DNA from: Lophium mytilinum
Lineage: Eukaryota
Length of the DNA: 64,000 nucleotides
Reading direction: 5' to 3'
Assembly (NCBI GenBank): GCA_010093605.1
Contig: MU004199.1
Coordinates: 496,001 to 560,000 of the forward strand
In this document: positions 57,953 through 64,000 of the stretch, in pieces
How positions within the stretch are numbered: position 1 is the stretch's first letter
Layout: every line of letters starts with the position of its first letter
Made by a program: the position numbers and the translations under genes
Notes under the pieces: model-generated
Told to the model about the DNA's origin: nothing
Databases searched by the model: none
The model's input: only the letters and a program-made list of their open reading frames with translations

Positions 57953-59641
57953 CTACCGAATCATCCGAAACAAATGCCCTTCGGTGCTATACACCCACTT
58001 ATCCAAGCTCCCCACGCTCGGATCTTTGAAGATAAGCCACAAGTACTTGAGCGTTTCAGCGCCCCAAAAGCTCTCCTGCTCATCTTTCCAATTCGATTCG
58101 TCGCCCTTGAGAGTGACGTCCCGCAATGCGGAGTAGCCGTATTTGGTCTTGCAGTGTCTTTCGAAGGCGCGGAAGGCATCCCAGGCCCAGTCGCGGTAAC
58201 GTTCTTCGCCGGTGATGCGGTAGCCATAGAAGAGACTTTCGACGTACTCAGGCCGGAGCTTGAATTGCGCGTTGACCATCCAGATTCCTGTGTCGCTCAG
58301 TTCCCGGAGCTGGCGGTCGCTCGCGGGCTGGAACGTCGCGTTGTCGTAGCCGAATTTGGGGATCCAAGACCAGTTCTCCGGACCGATGTGCGTGGGGGTG
58401 GAGGCGTAGGCATGACGGCAGCCTTCTAGCAGCGCCTGGCCCAAGGTGAGAAAATTTGGGTGGTTGAGGAAGCGGGCGCCTAGCATGATGTTCCCGGCTG
58501 CGAAGCAAGCGAGATGGGATTGTTCGTTGATAAACCAGTTGGCGTCTTGCTTCCCCATAAAAACATGCTGCTTTTTGTGGTTATCCTGGGGTGCGGAGCG
58601 TGATGCGAGGTTATGTCGTAGCGCCGTGACTGCGTCGGTCCATACCTCTTGGTAGAAGTGGGTGTAGAGGTCTCCTTGTGCTAGAAGGGCGATTTTGATG
58701 AGATATTCGTAGTATGAGTCGTGCCCGGCGTCCCAATGACGCACCCTGCCAACAGGTGCTCCGGTGATGATGTCGATGGGTGCGTCCACCATTCCAGGCC
58801 ACGGCGTATCGAACCTGTTCCATACCAGCGGAGCCCAAGCACGAGTGGCATTGTTGACGTAAGCAGCGTTTCCAGTGAGTCGACTCAGGACTCGATTTTC
58901 GAGGATGTTGGATCCGGCGCGGGCGGGCCCTATGGAAGGATTTTTGTAGTGGGGTTTAGAGGGATCGAGAAGGTAGACGGAGGGAGGGTCTGGAGACCCT
59001 TCGTCTGTAGTGAAGTTGACACGAGGCCAAACCATACCCGTAGGAGTGTCAAAAGAGGGTGCGAGCTTGTCGGCGAGTGTAACAGCTTGGGCAAGGAGGG
59101 CGTCCCGCTTGCTGTTGGTGATGATACCAGGAGGGACAGTACCGGCGTCAATGAGATCGACGATGGACAACAATCCACCCAGATATCTGATTGTAGTTTC
59201 AAATGGGTCCACCAGACCGTACGCGGTTGTGAAGTCGACTTTGTTGATGATATGATCCACCTCGAGCTCCAGCTCATCCCACATTCCCATCAATGCGAGA
59301 GTAGAAGCGGTATCAACGATAAAGGCACCCCACCCGTTCCTGCTTGTACCATTGCCACCAGAGACAGGCTTAATGTCGTCGTAACCCCATGCGTGTTCCC
59401 GGTATTTGGAGAAGGTGTGTTTCATGGCCTCTCGGACTTGAGTCGCCTTCTCCTCATCGGCATGTCCACTGCCATTTCTCCACCCTTCGTACTGGATTTG
59501 TGCGCCCAGTGGTGCGTGTCTCTTCTTGTGGCCGCTGCTCTCGGAGCCAGTGAAGCCTCGTAGTATTAGGTAGAATGTGATGATTAGGAAGGCGGCCAGG
59601 AGCTTGAAGCTCGACGTGGGGTTGCGGCGAAAACTGGGCAT
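57953..59641 (-). CDS. Class I alpha-1,2-mannosidase (GH47), type II membrane protein, intronless
   Basis: AWGYDDIKPVS, FETTIRYLGGLLS, DSYYEYLIK, HLACFAAG, LRPEYVES, QESFWGAETLKY. Confidence 0.95.
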   Translation of the reverse strand: MPSFRRNPTSSFKLLAAFLIITFYLILRGFTGSESSGHKKRHAPLGAQIQYEGWRNGSGHADEEKATQVREAMKHTFSKYREHAWGYDDIKPVSGGNGTSRNGWGAFIVDTASTLALMGMWDELELEVDHIINKVDFTTAYGLVDPFETTIRYLGGLLSIVDLIDAGTVPPGIITNSKRDALLAQAVTLADKLAPSFDTPTGMVWPRVNFTTDEGSPDPPSVYLLDPSKPHYKNPSIGPARAGSNILENRVLSRLTGNAAYVNNATRAWAPLVWNRFDTPWPGMVDAPIDIITGAPVGRVRHWDAGHDSYYEYLIKIALLAQGDLYTHFYQEVWTDAVTALRHNLASRSAPQDNHKKQHVFMGKQDANWFINEQSHLACFAAGNIMLGARFLNHPNFLTLGQALLEGCRHAYASTPTHIGPENWSWIPKFGYDNATFQPASDRQLRELSDTGIWMVNAQFKLRPEYVESLFYGYRITGEERYRDWAWDAFRAFERHCKTKYGYSALRDVTLKGDESNWKDEQESFWGAETLKYLWLIFKDPSVGSLDKWVYSTEGHLFRMIR

Positions 59642-60051
59642 CCTGGACTCGAGGAAATGGTAGACGGATGACACGTAGTGAGCGAAGCTTGGAGTAAGGA
59701 TAGCGAGCGCATTGGAGGTGCTTCGATCGTGGCAGAGAGGGGATCGTGTCGTCGTGTCCTGTAGGAAGGGTTCAGGCCATCCGCGCTGGAGTTGGCTGCC
59801 GACGAGCTTTCATAGAGACGTAAGGAGCGAACGCAAGCCTTTCGAAAAGAGCTGTCGCCAAGTAAGAAGCGGCGGGATCTGAGTGTTCAGAGTCGTGGAA
59901 AGGGGAGAAACCGGCTTGCTCAATGCCAATCCTAGCACGATGTCATCGTCGTGAAGCTCAAGCGAGATGAACCTCGATAGCTTTCTTCGTCCCTCGCTCC
60001 ATCCTTCGTTGACCACAACAACACACGAGTCCGCGCGTTCTGTCGCGTAAC

Positions 60052-60321
60052 ATGTCGCTCTGGCAGTAGGTGCATGCCCTCAATTGGAAATATCGAGACT
60101 GACTAGCTCGCAGGAAGTACCGCGCCCTCGCACCGCGAACGCGCATGCTCATTGGAGCCGGAGTAGTAGCATACGCGGGGCTGGGCATCTTCCTGTCTGA
60201 TGTCGCCGAGCAGAAGTTTGACATGGTGCCCACTGAGAAGGACAAAGAAGAGCTGAGGAGTGTGATACCCAAGATCAGGCTGGTGGACCGAGATGATGTA
60301 TTGTCGAGGGATGATTCATGA
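60052..60321 (+). CDS. Small 73-aa single-TM protein (MSLWQKYRALAPRTRMLIGAGVVAYAGLGIFLSDVAEQKFDMVPTEKDKEEL...), 2 exons
   Basis: ATG 60052; intron 60066-60113 (gtaggt...ctgac...cgcag); stop 60319-60321; resembles a small conserved Pezizomycotina protein (from recall, not searched). Confidence 0.78.
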
Positions 60322-61712
60322 CACCCGATATCATGATGCTACCGCTTGGAGGATCAAAATAATTCACGTTTCACGACATCTGGTACGACTACACGAGGCG
60401 CTCCTTCAATGCGCCAAAAGGGACGGAACTGCTCAGGGTACTATGCATGGCGACTTCGTCGTAGTTGGAGCTTCGATACCAGGTAATCTGTAAAATATGT
60501 TTAAGCACTCCTTGCAATTACCTAGGGTGTTCAAGTGGGCCTTCAAAACTCCAAAGTCAATGTCAACCGCAAACAGTGTGAACCGGGCTATCTTTTGACT
60601 GGTCAAAGAGGTCATACTTGGCGTACTCCCTGACAGTGGTACCCAGACTGCAAAAGAGACGCGTGCGTACCTCTAGTCATCGCCAACAGGGTTTTTGAAA
60701 CTCCAGGTACGATAATAAACTCTAGATAGTGGGAGACAAGGCCACCGTTAGACTGACCGAAGAGACGCTAACTATAAACTCCTTGTAGTGGTGTCAAGCG
60801 AGCAAAAATCAAGCCTGAGCAGTGCGATGACCGTGTGTCTAAACTGCTACATGCAGGGCAGTTCGATGCTCTAGAACTCTCACACTTTATCTTCTCGATT
60901 TTTGGCCCAAACTAAGAAACCCTCACCAACCGTCTAGCTTCAGCATCAGTAAGATTCTGAACAGTGCACAGATTTGCGACGGTCTTTGGGATGGGTATGC
61001 CGTCTGACTAGGGCAGCGGCACGCGAAGAATACCTAGTATCCGTCCTATCTCTCTCAACTCGATATCGGTGGCCCTCACAACCTTTAGCAAAAGCTTCAT
61101 GCTTGCTGGTATACCACTGCTGGGGCGTTTCCCACGGGCTTTCAGCAATTTACACGCGATTTAAACTCTAATACAGCAGAGGTTGAGCTGTTTAGGATAC
61201 TTTCTTGATCCATATTTTGCTTGGCAGCTGGATCACTCCTGACAGTGGTGTCTAGCAGCTATTCATATATCTGCAGTTCGGGTGAAAGACAGCCTGCCAA
61301 TGCAACTGGTAACGATCTGGGGTACCCATAGCAAGGTCTATATATGTTACCTAAGTGGACACAAATGCCTTTTGCCCGGTGCTGGGCATGTCCGGACGTG
61401 TAAGTGTATAAGATGCGAGGCTGTTATATAAGAATTGGGAGCGGTTATACAAGGGCTGATATTCAGGACTGCAACTAGCAGCTAGCATTTGAACATCTCA
61501 TGTTGACACCCTTTCACACCATCATTCTTGATCGAGTCAATTAGTCACGTGTCTTCATAAACGTTGATGATCTGCGGAGGCGTTATGCAGGGATCTCAGC
61601 CACGGCTGATTCGCAACTTGTCGGGATCGTCTCTTGAAACACCCGACGTCAACTTCGTCCTTCGCTGTGAGGCAACTCTGTCACCCAAGAACCATCTTCC
61701 GGTCCTTTGTCG

Positions 61713-63281
61713 ATGAAGACTTCGTTCTTGATGGATACGTCAAACTCGTCGACATCACCGTCAGGCTCCTCGGAAGCCTCGCCGCCGAGCCACGGGCCCT
61801 CTCAAAGCGCGATTACTACTGGCAATAATCGCAACAACTTCCCGCGAAGGAGCCACACTAAGAGTAGAAGAGGCAAGTCTTCTTAGTGGGCGCTAAAAAC
61901 TGTAGCATCTACGAAAGAGTCTATGTTGACAGAAAGCAGGCTGTCGGCGATGTAAGCAACGCAAGATCAAGGTAAGATTGTATTTGTTTCTGATTCGCTC
62001 ACATATACTGAATTACCGCAGTGCGATGAAGTCCATCCTGAGTGTGGGAACTGCGTCAAGCACAACGTTCCTTGTGACTTCAAAACTTCGGGAGCAGTCA
62101 CTGTACCTGCGCCGGCATCGAAAAGAGCCATCTCGAGGCTCACAGTGCCCAAAAACGATGCTGCACCATCATCATCATCGTCAATTTCACCAACTCAACC
62201 TTCCTTGCATATGCTAGAGCCAACCATATGTGCTACAAGATCGCAGATACCAGACTGGTCAGACATGGACCGAATGCTAGAATTGCGTATCTTTCATCAT
62301 TACAGTTCATCTGCCTATGGCCGAGACTACAGGATGCCAGTCGCCAAGGAACTCTGGACGATCTTGATTCCAACTCTAGCATTCGATCAGCCATGTCTCA
62401 TGGACAGCCTCCTTGCATGCTCTGCACTCCACATGCGCGTACATACTCCTCAGGACAGCTCGTTAATACAAGCATCGCATAGGTACATGGCCCGCTCGAT
62501 ACGCTCTTACCTCGAGGCTCTTCGAGGCGGAATTACCGATCGCAACTTCGATGCTTTATATTTGACAGCTATGCTTATCGCTTTTCATACCTTTCTGAAC
62601 CGCCGCTTTGAACCGCAGAATGCTACCGCAGAGAACATGGCTGCCCAGTGGTTTCAACCATTCCGAGGCGCCAAAGCCATCGCAGAAGCCGCTCCACCTC
62701 TCGTGTCGTCTAGCTCCATCACACAGATCTTCCCCGGCATGCGCGTACCGCTGTTTCGGTGCGACCACGTCAGCAGCGAGTGCAGTTTCGGATTCCTGTT
62801 GGATGGTCTCACTGGGGATGAACCAGACTACGAGGTTTATACATACGCGACCTCGCATCTGTGCAGGGCCCTGCACTGTCGCCAGCCGCGATTCTTCTTT
62901 CGATTTCTGGGCGATGCACCTGGCCGGATTTCAGAACTGATTCACCTGCGCGATCCACGGAGTATGGCCATTGCGTTCGCGTTCTTTTCGCTTATGAAAA
63001 CAGTTCCCATTCAAATGTGGTGGCTAGACGGCGCGGCAGATGGAGAGATCACCAGGATCAGAAAAGCGTTGCCGAAGCCATGGCTGCCGATGCTTGAACA
63101 AGCTCATGAGGTTATCTGGGGATGCACTGAGTATTGCCAGATGGCTGGGTTACATGTGCATGGACCGGATAATCAGTCTATATCATTGGTATCTACGTGG
63201 CAGCGGGAATGGACTCGTGGTGCCCCGGAGGCCTCGATGACAAGCATCACGGAGCAAGAGCTGCTGTGGGCTCGGACATGA
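61713..63281 (+). CDS. Zn(II)2Cys6 transcription factor (UPC2/sterol-uptake-control-like), 3 exons
   Basis: PRRSHTKSRRG|CRRCKQRKIK|CDEVHPECGNCVKHNVPCDF; LELRIFHHY; LMDSLLACSALH; introns 61873-61939 (GC-AG) and 61972-62021; start 61713 or 61731. Confidence 0.88.
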
Positions 63282-63561
63282 TGCATCACGAGGGAGACAA
63301 TGAGGAATCAAGATTCAGGTTGAAATCAAATCAAGGCGAAGGAACCTACCCGACGCCTTTTAATTACATGGAAGATGCACTACTCGAGTACGCCAGAGCT
63401 TCGCAACATTGACTGGACACCCAAGAAAATCTACCTCTCTAATCGATATAGCCGCTCTATTTGCTCTCATTACCACATCGTTTAACGCGAAAACCTGGTA
63501 GGATATATATACTACCCTTCGGACCTCATGTTACCCCACCATATCGTACGATTATACACCT

Positions 63562-64000
63562 TCAGCCTTGTAGCTCGATGGAGCCAGCAGAGGCCAATCC
63601 CCTCTTCGATACAGCGTTCGCTTCCTGAAATAGGAAGCCAGGATGGAAAACATTTAGTGCGAGCACAGCGATGGTACACATACTGTCAGCACTTTTGTCA
63701 GCATTCGTCTCGAAAAATTTGCAGGCAGTGAACCACGTACACCGAATCGAGGATTATGAATAGCGTCTGGTCCTGCATCAACGAGTTGCGCCACCCGCCA
63801 GCCATCTCAGCGACACGGTAGATACACCGAATCAAGATGGTCGTGTAGCTCACCGCGATCGCAACGATCAACCCTCTGAAGTACTTTGTGCGTCGAAGCT
63901 GCGCGCTCGATGCGTTCAACTGGTTTTGGAATTTGTAGACTCGGAACGCGTATTCGGATGCCAGGAGCCCGAAGAGGGAGAGGGTGAAGACTTGAAGTGC
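63562..64000 (-). CDS. RTA1/RSB1-family lipid-translocating exporter, 3' part (runs off the window)
   Basis: ALQVFTL...ILIRCIYRVAEMAGGW...FIILDS|..NVFHPGFLF. Confidence 0.88.

Noticed and set aside
60624..61130. Possible degenerate TIR element (actccctgacagtggtaccc ... ataccactgctggggcgt), with related motifs at ~60778 and ~61235
   Set aside because: Matches are short and mismatched, and no clear TSD is visible.

Overview
Eukaryotic DNA from a filamentous ascomycete, judged from short GT-AG introns with CTRAC branch sites and Pezizomycotina-type genes. About 25 protein-coding genes; no rRNA, tRNA or CRISPR array was recognised. The left half is mostly conserved genes: BRO1, MDJ1, SAP30, a PHO80-like cyclin, KRE9/KNH1, a class II chitin synthase and a GH89 hydrolase. 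The right half (about 31-57 kb) looks more accessory: a RING+chromodomain protein followed by a decayed second chromodomain, an asaB/CmcJ-like oxygenase between inverted minisatellite arms, a plant-AMT2-like ammonium transporter, two alpha/beta hydrolases, a Nudix hydrolase, an ADP-ribosyltransferase-like protein, a multi-exon secreted toxin-like protein with processed-looking N-terminal repeats, a degenerate GPI-anchored aspartic-protease-like protein and an F-box-like protein. Three MITE families were read directly from the sequence. The most notable has CAC...GTG termini, an A-rich tract and 5-bp target-site duplications, matching Transib/RAG-type ends. Also found outside the ORF track: a spliced 73-aa gene, a GC-AG intron inside a Zn2Cys6 gene, and a Gly-rich myristoylation-motif ORF interrupted by three in-frame stops. 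All family assignments come from motif recognition by eye; no searches were run.
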